From contig JBDKUN010000033.1 in NCBI GenBank assembly GCA_039679675.1, positions 1 to 64,000 of the forward strand: a stretch of 64,000 bases of DNA. Reading direction: 5' to 3'. The position numbers and the translations under genes were made by a program. The stretch's first letter is position 1, and every line of letters begins with the position of its first letter. The notes under the pieces were generated by a model. It ran no database searches. It saw only the letters and a program-made list of their open reading frames with translations, and was not told the DNA's origin. Below, piece by piece: positions 37,863 through 48,027 of the stretch. The stretch is from Armatimonadota bacterium (GTDB lineage Bacteria; Armatimonadota; UBA5829; DTLH01).

Positions 37863-40159
37863 TGATAAAAGAACCAGGAAGCAAAGTAGTCGATAAGAAC
37901 ACACTACCCATACCTGCGGAAGTCTACCGCGAGATGGGGTTATCTGATGAGGAATACAAAAAGGTCGTAGGTGTCCTCGGCAGGCATCCTACATACACCG
38001 AGGTCGGGATGTATGCCGTTATGTGGAGCGAACACTGCGGCTATAAGTACTCTCGGCCGGTGCTCCGGCTGTTCAAGAAGTACAAAGAGGCGCTGGACGG
38101 CGAAGGGCTCGAAAATGCCGGTGTAATCGACATCGGCGACGGGCTCGGCATTGTCATGAAGATGGAAACTCACAACCATCCATCCGCTGTGGAGCCGTTC
38201 CAGGGCGCAGCGACCGGGGTAGGGGGCATTTTAAGAGACATCTTCACGATGGGCGCCCGTCCAATCGCATGCCTCAATTCTCTCAGGTTCGGCTCGCTCG
38301 ATGATCCTCATAACAAATACCTTTTTGAGAATGTCGTGGCAGGCATCGCTCATTACGGCAACTGCGTAGGCGTTCCGACTATTGGCGGTGAGGTTGTTTT
38401 TGATGAGTGTTACTCCGGCAACTGCCTCGTAAACGCGATGTCCGCCGGAATCATCAAAACGGATGAAATCGCCTCGGCCTGCGCGAAGGGAGTCGGAAAC
38501 GCTGTTCTGTATGTTGGTTCCAGGACAGGATGCGACGGTATCCACGGCGCGACATTTGCCTCAGTCGAACTTGGGCCTGATTCGGAGTCAAGAAGACCGA
38601 ATGTACAGATCGGCGACCCGTTCCAGGAGAAATTGCTTATCGAAGCGACTCTTGAAGCCCTGAAGACCGGCTGCATAGTCGGAATCCAGGATATGGGAGC
38701 TGCCGGTATCACCTGCGGATCGTGCGAGACAGCTGCAAAGGGCCGGTCAGGGATGGAAATAGACGTCCTCAAGGTCCCGCGCCGTCAGGAAGGGATGACA
38801 CCTTACGAAGTCATGCTTTCAGAGTCGCAGGAGAGGATGCTCGCGATAGTCGAAAAAGGCAAAGAGGACGAAGTCGCGTCTGTATTCAAGAAATGGGGGC
38901 TGAGCGCGGTAGTCATAGGTCATGTCATAGACAGCGATTTAGTGCGAGTCTTCGAAGGCGATCAGTTAGTGGCCGAAATCCCCGCAAAATCCCTTGCGGA
39001 TGATGCGCCGACTTATTATCTTGAAACAGAAGAGCCTGATTATCTGGCTGAAGTCCGAGAGTTTGATCTGTCGAAGATACCTGAGCCTAAAGACTATAAC
39101 GAAGCGCTCGAAAAACTGCTCGCATCGCCTTCTATTTCAAGTAAAGAGTGGGTCTACAGGCAGTATGACCACATGGTCCAGACAAATACGGCCGTTATGC
39201 CGGGATCGGATGCCGCCGCGCTCCGAATAAGAGGCACGAAGAAGGCTATCGCGCTTGTCGCGGACTGTAATGGCCGGTATTGCTACCTCGATCCGTTCGT
39301 GGGTGCTCAGATAGCCGTCGCAGAAGCCGCAAGGAACCTTGCTTGTACCGGTGCGAAGGCTTTGGGTGTTACGGACTGTGTGAGCTTCGGCAATCCTGAA
39401 AAGCCGCAGGTGTTCTGGCAGTTCAAGAGAGCAATTGAGGGTATGGCCGAGGCCTGCGAAGCATTTGGAACCCCTGTCGTGAGCGGAAACGTGAGTTTCT
39501 ACAACGAGACGCCGGTAAGTGCGATCTACCCGACACCTGTAGTCGGTATGCTTGGGCTGATCGAAGACGCTGAAAAGCACTGCACAAGTGAATTCAAGCA
39601 TGAAGGTGATGTCATAGCACTCCTTTCGGGGAAGAGAGCTGCATCGGATAATGATTCCGATGCGGCAGTATGCGCTGCGAACGATCTCGGCGGAACTGAG
39701 TATCTTAAAGTAATGCACAACGTTGTAGCAGGAACTCCCCCGGCCATCAATATGGACGCAGAGAAACGGCTTCATGCTGCTCTCATAGAGGTAATACAGG
39801 AAGGCTATGTTTCTTCGGCGCATGACTGCTCGGACGGCGGGCTTGCTTTAGCTGTCGCAGAATCGGCAATTGCAGGTAATCTAGGTGCAGAGATCAGCGT
39901 GACCTCTGATTGCGGAGCGGCTGTCGCACTCTTTGGAGAAGCTCAGTCGCGGGTCGTCGTTTCCCTCTCGCCGGATATGCTTGGTGAGATGCGGGAGATA
40001 GTCGACAAGCATAACGTAGAGTGCACGATACTTGGAAAAGTCCACGGAAACAGGCTGAAGGTCGCCGTGAATGGTGTGAATGTGATCGACAGGCCTGTCG
40101 AGCGAGTTGCAAAAATCTGGAAGAACGCAATTCCTGATAGAATGGAAGGCCGGGATTGA
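37862..40159 (+). CDS. purL: FGAM synthase large subunit PurL (start ATG overlaps purQ TAA; alt 37850)
   Basis: Canonical PurL (ETHNHPSAVEPFQGAATGVGG.., two AIR-synthase-like modules). Confidence 0.9.
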   Translation: MIKEPGSKVVDKNTLPIPAEVYREMGLSDEEYKKVVGVLGRHPTYTEVGMYAVMWSEHCGYKYSRPVLRLFKKYKEALDGEGLENAGVIDIGDGLGIVMKMETHNHPSAVEPFQGAATGVGGILRDIFTMGARPIACLNSLRFGSLDDPHNKYLFENVVAGIAHYGNCVGVPTIGGEVVFDECYSGNCLVNAMSAGIIKTDEIASACAKGVGNAVLYVGSRTGCDGIHGATFASVELGPDSESRRPNVQIGDPFQEKLLIEATLEALKTGCIVGIQDMGAAGITCGSCETAAKGRSGMEIDVLKVPRRQEGMTPYEVMLSESQERMLAIVEKGKEDEVASVFKKWGLSAVVIGHVIDSDLVRVFEGDQLVAEIPAKSLADDAPTYYLETEEPDYLAEVREFDLSKIPEPKDYNEALEKLLASPSISSKEWVYRQYDHMVQTNTAVMPGSDAAALRIRGTKKAIALVADCNGRYCYLDPFVGAQIAVAEAARNLACTGAKALGVTDCVSFGNPEKPQVFWQFKRAIEGMAEACEAFGTPVVSGNVSFYNETPVSAIYPTPVVGMLGLIEDAEKHCTSEFKHEGDVIALLSGKRAASDNDSDAAVCAANDLGGTEYLKVMHNVVAGTPPAINMDAEKRLHAALIEVIQEGYVSSAHDCSDGGLALAVAESAIAGNLGAEISVTSDCGAAVALFGEAQSRVVVSLSPDMLGEMREIVDKHNVECTILGKVHGNRLKVAVNGVNVIDRPVERVAKIWKNAIPDRMEGRD

Positions 40160-41607
40160 ACTTAGCAGTACCAGAGATCAAAGAAGAGTGCGGCGTAACC
40201 GGGATATTCGCGCCTGGTGAGGAGGCTGGTAGGTTAGCTTTCTTCAGCCTCTTTGCACTCCAGCATAGAGGCCAAGAGAGCGCCGGTATAGCTGTTGCTG
40301 ACGGCAGCAAAATCACCGTCCATAAGGATATGGGGCTTGTCACTCAGGTCTTTACTGAGGATGTGCTCTCAAAACTCGGCGGCGGGATTGCCATAGGCCA
40401 CACCAGGTATTCAACAACGGGATCGAGTATTTTGCGAAATGTGCAGCCCATTGAATGTACCCGGAAGAACAATGAGTGCTTCGCGCTCGCTCACAACGGA
40501 GATCTCGTCAATGCCGCGGAAGTGCGCGCAGAGATGGAAGCAGAAGGTGTCGAGTTTGAAACGACGAATGACACTGAAGTAATAGCAAAAATTATCGCTA
40601 ACAGCTCCGCGGAGACTATCGAAGAAGCTATAACTGAGGCGATGCAGCGGATCAAAGGCGCGTATGCGGTCGTAATCCTGACAAAAGACAAGTTGATCGC
40701 GATTAGAGATGCCTTTGGAATACGCCCGCTTTGTATAGGCAAGATCAACGGCGAGCACTACATTGTCGCTTCGGAAACATGTGCCTTAAACGTCATCGGC
40801 GCGAGCTTTACACGCGCCGTCGAACCCGGCGAGATGATCGTGATTGACGAGAGCGGCGTAAAAGAGATTCAGGCGATACCGATGGAAAGGCATGCGCTCT
40901 GTATATTTGAGTTCATCTACTTCGCCAGACCGGACAGTATGATGTACGGAAGGACGCTTCACGAGGCGAGGAGGAGGATGGGACATGAGCTCGCGAGAGA
41001 GCATCCCGTCCCGAATGCACACATCGTTTTCCCGATACCGGACACCGGCACACCGGCGGCCATCGGGTTTGCGGAAGCATCCAGGATCCCGTATGCAGAG
41101 GGAGTCATCAAAAACCGCTATATCCACCGGACTTTCATCCAGCCGAACCAGAGGATGCGTGACCTTGGTGTCAGGATGAAGCTGACGCCATTAAAAGAAA
41201 GCCTTGCAGGGCGAAGAGTCGTTATGGTAGAGGACAGTATCGTGCGTGGCACAACGACCGGGCAGACGGTAAAGATGATCCGGGATGCGGGAGCAGTTGA
41301 GGTCCATGTAAGGATTGCAGCGCCGCCCTATAAGTGGCCTTGTTTCTACGGTATCGACACGGCTTCCCAGAATGAACTTATCGCTGCGAAGCTGTCGGTA
41401 GAAGAGATCAGGGACTACATAGGCGCAGACAGTTTGGGCTATTTGAGCATACAGGGGCTGACGAGGGCTATCGGTGTCAAAAAAGAGAATTTTTGCCGGG
41501 CGTGCCTGGATGGAAAATACCCGATTCCGATCCCAGATGCCGCAAAGCTCCAAAAGTTTATCTTCGAGGACAAAAAGTCGGGCGATAAAGCTAAGAAAGA
41601 TATCTAG
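40156..41607 (+). CDS. purF: Amidophosphoribosyltransferase (with short propeptide before catalytic Cys)
   Basis: EECGVTGIF N-terminal nucleophile; PRTase motif VVMVEDSIVRGTT. Confidence 0.9.
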   Translation: MNLAVPEIKEECGVTGIFAPGEEAGRLAFFSLFALQHRGQESAGIAVADGSKITVHKDMGLVTQVFTEDVLSKLGGGIAIGHTRYSTTGSSILRNVQPIECTRKNNECFALAHNGDLVNAAEVRAEMEAEGVEFETTNDTEVIAKIIANSSAETIEEAITEAMQRIKGAYAVVILTKDKLIAIRDAFGIRPLCIGKINGEHYIVASETCALNVIGASFTRAVEPGEMIVIDESGVKEIQAIPMERHALCIFEFIYFARPDSMMYGRTLHEARRRMGHELAREHPVPNAHIVFPIPDTGTPAAIGFAEASRIPYAEGVIKNRYIHRTFIQPNQRMRDLGVRMKLTPLKESLAGRRVVMVEDSIVRGTTTGQTVKMIRDAGAVEVHVRIAAPPYKWPCFYGIDTASQNELIAAKLSVEEIRDYIGADSLGYLSIQGLTRAIGVKKENFCRACLDGKYPIPIPDAAKLQKFIFEDKKSGDKAKKDI

Positions 41608-41635
41608 TTGTTTTTTTATCATGTTAACTAAGCAC

Positions 41636-41680
41636 TAGTGGATGTCGTGCTTCGGGACGAACTGCGGTCCCGAAGCATAG
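41636..41680 (+). repeat. Repeat family E copy E1 (ctagtggatgtcg-TGCTTCGGGACGAactgcGGTCCCGAAGCA)
   Basis: 10-bp perfect stem; forms composite with D2 immediately downstream. Confidence 0.65.
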
Positions 41681-41683
41681 GGT

Positions 41684-41845
41684 ATGTCATGTTGGACTAC
41701 CACAACGTCATGCTGAGCTTGACTCAGCATCCAGGAAAAGAATGGACCCTGAATCAAGTTCAGGGTGACGTCGTTGTTGTTCAGAGTTACATTTTTCTCT
41801 ACTGACGGCTGAAAGCTAATAGCTGACAGCTATAAACCCTCGACT
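41684..41845 (+). repeat. MITE-like repeat family D copy D2 (full length ~160 bp) in purF|purM spacer
   Basis: atgtcatgttggactaccacaacgtcatgctgagcttgactcagcatccaggaaaagaatggaccctgaatcaagttcagggtgacgtcg...tcagagttacat..tgacggctga..; TIR-like ATGTCA / TTACAT-TGACGT ends. Confidence 0.7.
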
Positions 41846-41857
41846 GAGGAGGTCATA

Positions 41858-42889
41858 TTGAACGAAGAGATTACCTACCGCAATGCGGGTGTAGATATAG
41901 ATGCCGGTATAGAGACCGTGCAGAGGATGAAAGAGAGCGTCAGAGCGACATACACAGACTCTGTACTAACGGATGTCGGTTCGTTCGGCGGGATGTTCAA
42001 GCTCGGCGATGACATGATGGAGCCTGTGCTGGTCTCCAGCATCGACGGTGTTGGCACAAAGGTCAAAATTGCAGTTGCGATGGGCAAGCACAATACCATC
42101 GGCAAAGACCTCGTAAACCACAGCGTGAATGATATTCTCGTCCAGGGCGCAAAACCGCTTTTCTTCCTCGATTATTATGCGACAAGCCCTCTCGACCCTA
42201 TAGTAGCCTCTGATGTCGTCAGAGGCGCAGCTGAAGCCTGCAAAGAGATCGGTTGCGTGCTGATCGGCGGCGAGACGGCTGAGATGCCGGGTGTCTACAT
42301 TGAAGGTGAGTATGACCTTGCCGGATGCATAGTCGGAGCTGTAGATAGAGCGAAGATAATCGATGGTTCTAAGGTCATGGCCGGGGATATGATCGTCGGG
42401 CTTGCATCGAGCGGACTGCATACGAACGGCTATTCACTTGCCCGAAAGGTTTTGCTTGATCACGGCGGGCTAAAGCTCGATCAGTACATCCCAGAAATAG
42501 GGAAAATCCTGGGTGATGAACTCCTGGAGACTCACAGGTGCTATTTTAAAGCCGTCTGGGAGGTCATGAAGGAATATGATGTGCATGCGATGGCGCACAT
42601 AACGGGCGGCGGGTTCTATGACAATCTGCCGAGAGTAATTCCTGAAGACTGCCAGATTACGCTGGAGCGCCGCAGTTGGCCCGCACCGCCTATCTTTAAG
42701 CTAATACAAGATACTGGCGGAATCGCGGATTACGAGATGTACCGCACGTTCAATATGGGAATCGGTCTGGTCATGATCGTAGCGAAACACAGAGCCGTAG
42801 AAATCGTAGACCAGCTTGAGAAGCTCGGCGAGCGTGCATGGATAATCGGCGAAGTCCGAAAAGGCGGGAGAGAGGTAGCTGTCCTGTGA
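41858..42889 (+). CDS. purM: Phosphoribosylformylglycinamidine cyclo-ligase
   Basis: YRNAGVDIDAG.., DLAGCIVGAV, canonical AIR synthase. Confidence 0.9.
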   Translation: MNEEITYRNAGVDIDAGIETVQRMKESVRATYTDSVLTDVGSFGGMFKLGDDMMEPVLVSSIDGVGTKVKIAVAMGKHNTIGKDLVNHSVNDILVQGAKPLFFLDYYATSPLDPIVASDVVRGAAEACKEIGCVLIGGETAEMPGVYIEGEYDLAGCIVGAVDRAKIIDGSKVMAGDMIVGLASSGLHTNGYSLARKVLLDHGGLKLDQYIPEIGKILGDELLETHRCYFKAVWEVMKEYDVHAMAHITGGGFYDNLPRVIPEDCQITLERRSWPAPPIFKLIQDTGGIADYEMYRTFNMGIGLVMIVAKHRAVEIVDQLEKLGERAWIIGEVRKGGREVAVL

Positions 42890-43524
42890 ATCAGGTAAGG
42901 ATAGCGGTGCTGGTGTCCGGTCATGGGCGCGGAACGAACATGCAGGCGATTATAGATGCCTGCAAAGACGGCAAAATAACCGGTGAGGTGGTTGTCGTCA
43001 TAGGTGTTCGCCCGGACGCTCCCGCAATGGAGCGCGCTGACGCATCATGCGTCGAAACAGCGGTCGTGAACCCTAAAGAATATAACTCGGCGGGGGATTA
43101 TGACCTTGCGCTTCTCGATGTGCTTCAGTCGCGACGCATCGATCTCATTTGTCTTGCTGGCTATATGAGAAAAGTCGGCCAGCCGGTAATAGATGCTTAC
43201 CGAGACCGGATTATGAATATCCACCCTGCGCTTATCCCGATGTTTTTCGGCAAAGGGATGTATGGAAGCCATGTTCATGAGGCAGCGATAGAGCGGGGAG
43301 TGAAATACTCCGGTTGTACTGTGCATTTTGTAGACGAAGATTACGATACGGGGCCGATAATTGCCCAGACTGTCGTGCCGGTTATGGAAGACGATACGCC
43401 TGAATCTCTTGCGGCGCGGATATTGATTGAGGAACACAAGACCTATGCTGCAGCCATACAGCTTTTTGCCGAAGGCAGGTTGAAAGTGGTTGGACGAAGG
43501 GTTTTGGTAGAGAAAAGAAACTAA
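42886..43524 (+). CDS. purN: Phosphoribosylglycinamide formyltransferase (GTG start overlapping purM stop, GTGA)
   Basis: RIAVLVSGHGRGTNMQAII.., NIHPALIP, canonical PurN. Confidence 0.85.
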   Translation: MNQVRIAVLVSGHGRGTNMQAIIDACKDGKITGEVVVVIGVRPDAPAMERADASCVETAVVNPKEYNSAGDYDLALLDVLQSRRIDLICLAGYMRKVGQPVIDAYRDRIMNIHPALIPMFFGKGMYGSHVHEAAIERGVKYSGCTVHFVDEDYDTGPIIAQTVVPVMEDDTPESLAARILIEEHKTYAAAIQLFAEGRLKVVGRRVLVEKRN

Positions 43525-44258
43525 AGTATAAGTCTTTGAAGAACGGCTGCCCGTCTGGGCGGCTGTTCTATATCTTTATCGAGTGCCGTGCGGAGCACTT
43601 TAACGATTTTGGGATCGAACTGTGTGCCGGAGCAGCGCTCTATCTCGTCCAGCGCTTTTTCCTGTGACAGCGCGTCCCGCCATGGAACATCGGTCGTAAG
43701 TATATCGAAAGCCTCTGCAATAGCGATAATCCTTGCACCAAGCGGTATTTCCTCTCCTGCAAGCCCATCGGGATAGCCTTCTCCATTGTAATGCTCGTGG
43801 TGGTGCTTGATCATGGGAACTGCACCGCTGAGACCTTCGACTTTGCTCAAAATCCTGACTGCTACCATCGAATGCCGCCGCATTATATCGAATTCTTCAT
43901 CTGTAAGCCGGCCAAATTTGTTTAATATTTTGCTCGATACCGCAACTTTTCCGATGTCGTGAAGGCTCGCTGCATAATCAATATCTCTGGCATTCTCGGA
44001 GGATATATTACCAAGCGCGGATACGATTGCAGATGCGTAATGCCTGACCCGCTCGCTGTGACCTTCGGCGGTTGAGTCATGCTCGCCTGCTGCCGCGACG
44101 AGCGCGTTGATCGTCTGGCGATAGAATTTATCCATTCCGTTAAATTCGGTGCCGCTGTTCATCTTTGACCGGTTTCCTTTGCTTTTAGTAAATAGGTTAC
44201 TCACATATTCGGCTGAAAACTGTCCTCTCGTTAGATATTGGATTGAGCGATTTACCAA
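43521..44258 (-). CDS. HD-GYP domain protein (c-di-GMP phosphodiesterase family)
   Basis: HDIGK ... HHHEHYNGEGYPDGL motifs. Confidence 0.75.
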   Translation of the reverse strand: MVNRSIQYLTRGQFSAEYVSNLFTKSKGNRSKMNSGTEFNGMDKFYRQTINALVAAAGEHDSTAEGHSERVRHYASAIVSALGNISSENARDIDYAASLHDIGKVAVSSKILNKFGRLTDEEFDIMRRHSMVAVRILSKVEGLSGAVPMIKHHHEHYNGEGYPDGLAGEEIPLGARIIAIAEAFDILTTDVPWRDALSQEKALDEIERCSGTQFDPKIVKVLRTALDKDIEQPPRRAAVLQRLIL

Positions 44259-44827
44259 TAATTTTGCATTGAGTTTCAGGTGTCATCGGAGGCTCTTCTG
44301 GAAGAATATTTGCTAATAACATGTATGCGATTAATTGTTATATGGATGATAATATTAGTTCAAACTAAGCAATAAAACAGGTATAATTACTGGGGAAAGG
44401 TGACGTGCGTTCGGATTGACATTGACACTGAACGGCGTGCCGTGATACCATCGAAACGATGAGTTTAGGTGTATAAAGTGCATTCCAGCACAGGATATTA
44501 CGCAGGCTATCATAGACATCTCCGTTCTGCTATTCCAGAAGATTTCCATAGAAGTGAGTTCGTTTGGGAACCGGCAGCATATTGCTGAGCGTAATATTAA
44601 ATGGCGGGCAGACTGTTCAGTATTTATTCGCCAAATGAATAAAGTAGCCTAAAGACGCAGGACGTATAGTCAATAATTGATATGTATGGCTGGTGATTTT
44701 AGTGAGTTCGGCAGTACACTGCGAGATTTTCGGCAACAGACAATATATGACTGGCCGTTAATTAATCAGCCGAAAATCTATAGGTAGGGGGAATGAAGCT
44801 GTATGGTAAACAGAGGTAGGGGGAAAG

Positions 44828-45757
44828 ATGTATAGAAAAATTGCGGTTGTTCTAGCGCTTTTTGTGCTGGCGTCGGTTAGCCTGTCTGCGATGGCCGATT
44901 CGGTTAGCCTGTCTACGCCAGCCAGTGATTATATCCTTGCTCCTGATGATGTTATAGAGATGAATGTATGGAGAGAGACGGAGCTTTCCAAGAGGCAGTT
45001 TCGCATCAATGCAGAAGGCAATATTACCGTTCCATACCTCAATTACGTCATCAAAGCCGCTGGCCTTACTCAACAGCAGTTAGCCCAATTGCTGACAGAT
45101 GAATACGAAAAGGCTGAAATCCTCGTTAATCCCAAGATCGATGTCAATGTAATTATAAGACATACAATGGCGGTCATGGTGCTGGGTCAGGTGAACCGGC
45201 CTGGAAAAGTCGAGTTCAAGGAAGGTGATACGATTACCTCCGCTATCGCTCAGGCGGGAAGCTATACTGATGCAGCCCGTCTGGAATCTGCTGTTTTGAC
45301 CCGGCGAGGATCTGATAAAACGATCCCTATTGACCTAAGGAAACTCTACCACGATGGGGATCTCAGCCAGAACTATCAACTTCAAGAGGATGATGTCATA
45401 TACGTCCCGGAAGACACATTTAACCGGTTTTACGTCCTTGGGGAAGTTACAAGACCTGGCCTTTATATGCTGAAAGATAATGCAAGCGTGCTATCTGCAG
45501 TCAGCCAGGCAGGCGGGCCAACGGAACGTGGCTCGATGAAGGGCGTGATGCTGGTGCGCGGAGATATCAACAATCCTGAAAAGCGCTCTGTTGATCTGAA
45601 TAAAATGATCAAGGGAGACTTGTCTCAGGATGTAAAGCTCGAGGCAGGAGACGTAGTCTATGTGCCCGAGACCAACAAACCAGACTGGGGCAAGATCTCT
45701 CAGATACTCAATGCTCTTGCTTCAATCGGATCAATCAAACGATACGGGATCTTTTAG
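44828..45757 (+). CDS. Polysaccharide export protein (Wza-like, SLBB domains) with signal peptide
   Basis: Signal peptide; polysaccharide-export/SLBB-like repeats (GDTITSAIAQAGS.., KDNASVLSAVSQAGG). Confidence 0.7.
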   Translation: MYRKIAVVLALFVLASVSLSAMADSVSLSTPASDYILAPDDVIEMNVWRETELSKRQFRINAEGNITVPYLNYVIKAAGLTQQQLAQLLTDEYEKAEILVNPKIDVNVIIRHTMAVMVLGQVNRPGKVEFKEGDTITSAIAQAGSYTDAARLESAVLTRRGSDKTIPIDLRKLYHDGDLSQNYQLQEDDVIYVPEDTFNRFYVLGEVTRPGLYMLKDNASVLSAVSQAGGPTERGSMKGVMLVRGDINNPEKRSVDLNKMIKGDLSQDVKLEAGDVVYVPETNKPDWGKISQILNALASIGSIKRYGIF

Positions 45758-45775
45758 TCCGTCCAGGAGGAATAA

Positions 45776-47923
45776 GTGGAACTTTGGCGCTATTATAGGA
45801 TACTGCGTCGGCGGAGATGGCTTATACTTGGATGCTGGGCAATTTGCTTCGGCCTTGTCTCCTTCCAATGTTTGAAGAGAACGCCGCCAATGTATAAGGG
45901 CGAGACTAAGGTTATGGAACGACAACCTACTGAGGCGGGTGTTCCCGTCTATGGAGGGCCTTACGTCGTCCAATCGGATATCCAGATGCATCTGGCTGAC
46001 CTTGCCTATATCGCAAGCAGCAACACTGTTCTTACTGGTGCAAGAGACACGCTCAAGCAACTTGGTGTCCTTAACTCGGATGATCTGATGAAGACATTGG
46101 ATATCAAGCCGGTTACCGATACGCAGATTCTTGCGATCAGCGTGGTCTCGAATAATGCCGACGATGCAAAAACTGCGGCTGATGTCATTGCCATGGAGTT
46201 CAAAAGGTTCTATAACGAACTTGTAAGCGATGCCGCTGAACAGAGCCGTGAGTTCATTGAAAAGCAGTTGAAAGATGCTAAAGTCAAGTTGACCGAGAGC
46301 AGGGAAGCCCGCGCTGCCTACAAGGAGAAGAACTCGTTGGTAGAGCTTGGTGAACAGACCTCCGTGCTTGTCCAGCGTGCCGCAGCCATCGAGACTGATG
46401 TGGTTAATGCATCGGTGGATGCAGATAATGCTCGTGGAAGGCTTAAGTCGATTGAAGCTCAGATCAATGGCAAGCCGGAGATGCGGCTTTCTGCAAAATC
46501 TGTGGCTAATAACCCGGTGTATCAGAGTCTTCTCGGCCAGTTGGTTGCCGCCGAGTCGGATCTTGGGACAATGCTTGGCAAAGAAGGCGGCTCTGGAAAA
46601 GGTAAGAACCACCCGGAAGTACAGGAATTAACGAAGCGTATAGAGGAACTGAAAAAACAGATAAAATCCCAGTCTCCGATGATAGTAAGCCAGGAAACTA
46701 CAGCGCTCGATCAGGTAATTACAAGTGCTATAAGCAATAAAATGAGCATAGAAGCTGAACTGGCCGGTGCTGAAGCCCGCCGTGGTGCTCTTGCGACTGC
46801 GCTTCAAGAAGAGAAAGCTAAGTTGAACGTACTGCCGGAGCAGGAGATGCGGATGGCACAGCTCGATATGGATGTGACAGCCGCTGAAGATACCTACAAA
46901 TTGCTTCAGTCAAAATTGGAAGAAGCGCGAATAAAAGCGAGTGAGACCAGTAAATCAAGCACTATCCAGGTTATCACTCCTGCTTATGTGTATCCGGTTG
47001 ATCCCAAGACATCGATAAAGCTGGCGCTTGCGTTCTTCCTGAGTCCTCTGCTTGGTATAGGTGTAGCATTTCTGCTGAATTACATGGACAACTCGGTCAA
47101 AACACCTGCCGAGGCAGAAGAACTGCTTGGGCTTCCTATCAGCTCGGTTATACCGCTTCGGCGTTCACATGCACTTGCCCGCCGTCCTGATAATGAACCG
47201 CTTATAGCGAGCTATGCAATGCTTACGACTCAGCTTTGGCGGGTTTTCGATAAGTCCAGCCAGCCGGTAATCCTTGTTGCGAGCGCAGAGCCGGATTCAG
47301 GCAGGACCACAACGGCTGCCAACCTGGCTGTTACGCTGGCAAAAGATGGTGCGCGCGTCATACTTGTCGATGCTGATATGCGTAAACCGGACCAGCATTC
47401 TATGTTCGGTGTGTCAGGAAAACCAGGGTTGAGCAATGTGCTTACTGGGGTGGTTGAAATAGAAGACGCCCTTGTTCCAACAAAGGTTGATGGACTTTTG
47501 CTTATGCCTGCCGGTCCTGCACCGGATAATCCCATAAGACTTCTTAGAACGCAGCAGATGACTGATTTCATCAAGGAAATTGGAACTCTTGCGGATTATG
47601 TAGTATTTGATAGCCCTGCTGGGGTCACATTTGCGGACGCAACGATGCTGGCATCACGGATCAAGAATGTTGTTCTTGTATACTCTGCCGGTAGAGTCCC
47701 GCGCGGCGCGGAAGTTGAGTTTAGAAACAGGCTGAACTCGGCGGGAGCACGTATTCTCGGTGTAGTGCTGAACAGGGTCAAACCTGAAGACAGCCACGGT
47801 TACTTCTACTACAAACGGTTCTATCAGGATATCACAGCTCAAAGCATTGCTTCTGTTCCAATGAGCGTGAAATCAATACCGCAGGCAGGACCAAACGACA
47901 CTAATGATGATAATAATGTGTAG
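45776..47923 (+). CDS. Polysaccharide chain-length determinant / BY-kinase (Wzc/GumC-like)
   Basis: N-term Wzz-like TM + coiled coil; C-term P-loop ATPase (SGRTTTAANLA, VDADMRKP) and Tyr-rich tail HGYFYYKRFYQ. Confidence 0.75.
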   Translation: MELWRYYRILRRRRWLILGCWAICFGLVSFQCLKRTPPMYKGETKVMERQPTEAGVPVYGGPYVVQSDIQMHLADLAYIASSNTVLTGARDTLKQLGVLNSDDLMKTLDIKPVTDTQILAISVVSNNADDAKTAADVIAMEFKRFYNELVSDAAEQSREFIEKQLKDAKVKLTESREARAAYKEKNSLVELGEQTSVLVQRAAAIETDVVNASVDADNARGRLKSIEAQINGKPEMRLSAKSVANNPVYQSLLGQLVAAESDLGTMLGKEGGSGKGKNHPEVQELTKRIEELKKQIKSQSPMIVSQETTALDQVITSAISNKMSIEAELAGAEARRGALATALQEEKAKLNVLPEQEMRMAQLDMDVTAAEDTYKLLQSKLEEARIKASETSKSSTIQVITPAYVYPVDPKTSIKLALAFFLSPLLGIGVAFLLNYMDNSVKTPAEAEELLGLPISSVIPLRRSHALARRPDNEPLIASYAMLTTQLWRVFDKSSQPVILVASAEPDSGRTTTAANLAVTLAKDGARVILVDADMRKPDQHSMFGVSGKPGLSNVLTGVVEIEDALVPTKVDGLLLMPAGPAPDNPIRLLRTQQMTDFIKEIGTLADYVVFDSPAGVTFADATMLASRIKNVVLVYSAGRVPRGAEVEFRNRLNSAGARILGVVLNRVKPEDSHGYFYYKRFYQDITAQSIASVPMSVKSIPQAGPNDTNDDNNV

Positions 47924-48027
47924 CGATAGTTTCGTTGCACGCGAATAAACAATATTTACCAGCTAATTCGGCTTGAAGTGCCGTATAGAGATGCAGTTGA
48001 GCATGTTCGGATAGATTAACCGGGCAT

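Noticed and set aside
39137-39823. 228-aa minus-strand ORF
   Set aside because: Antisense within purL.
4313-41845. Dispersed repeats considered as CRISPR array
   Set aside because: Copies are tens of kb apart, not regularly spaced, in both orientations, and no cas genes are present.
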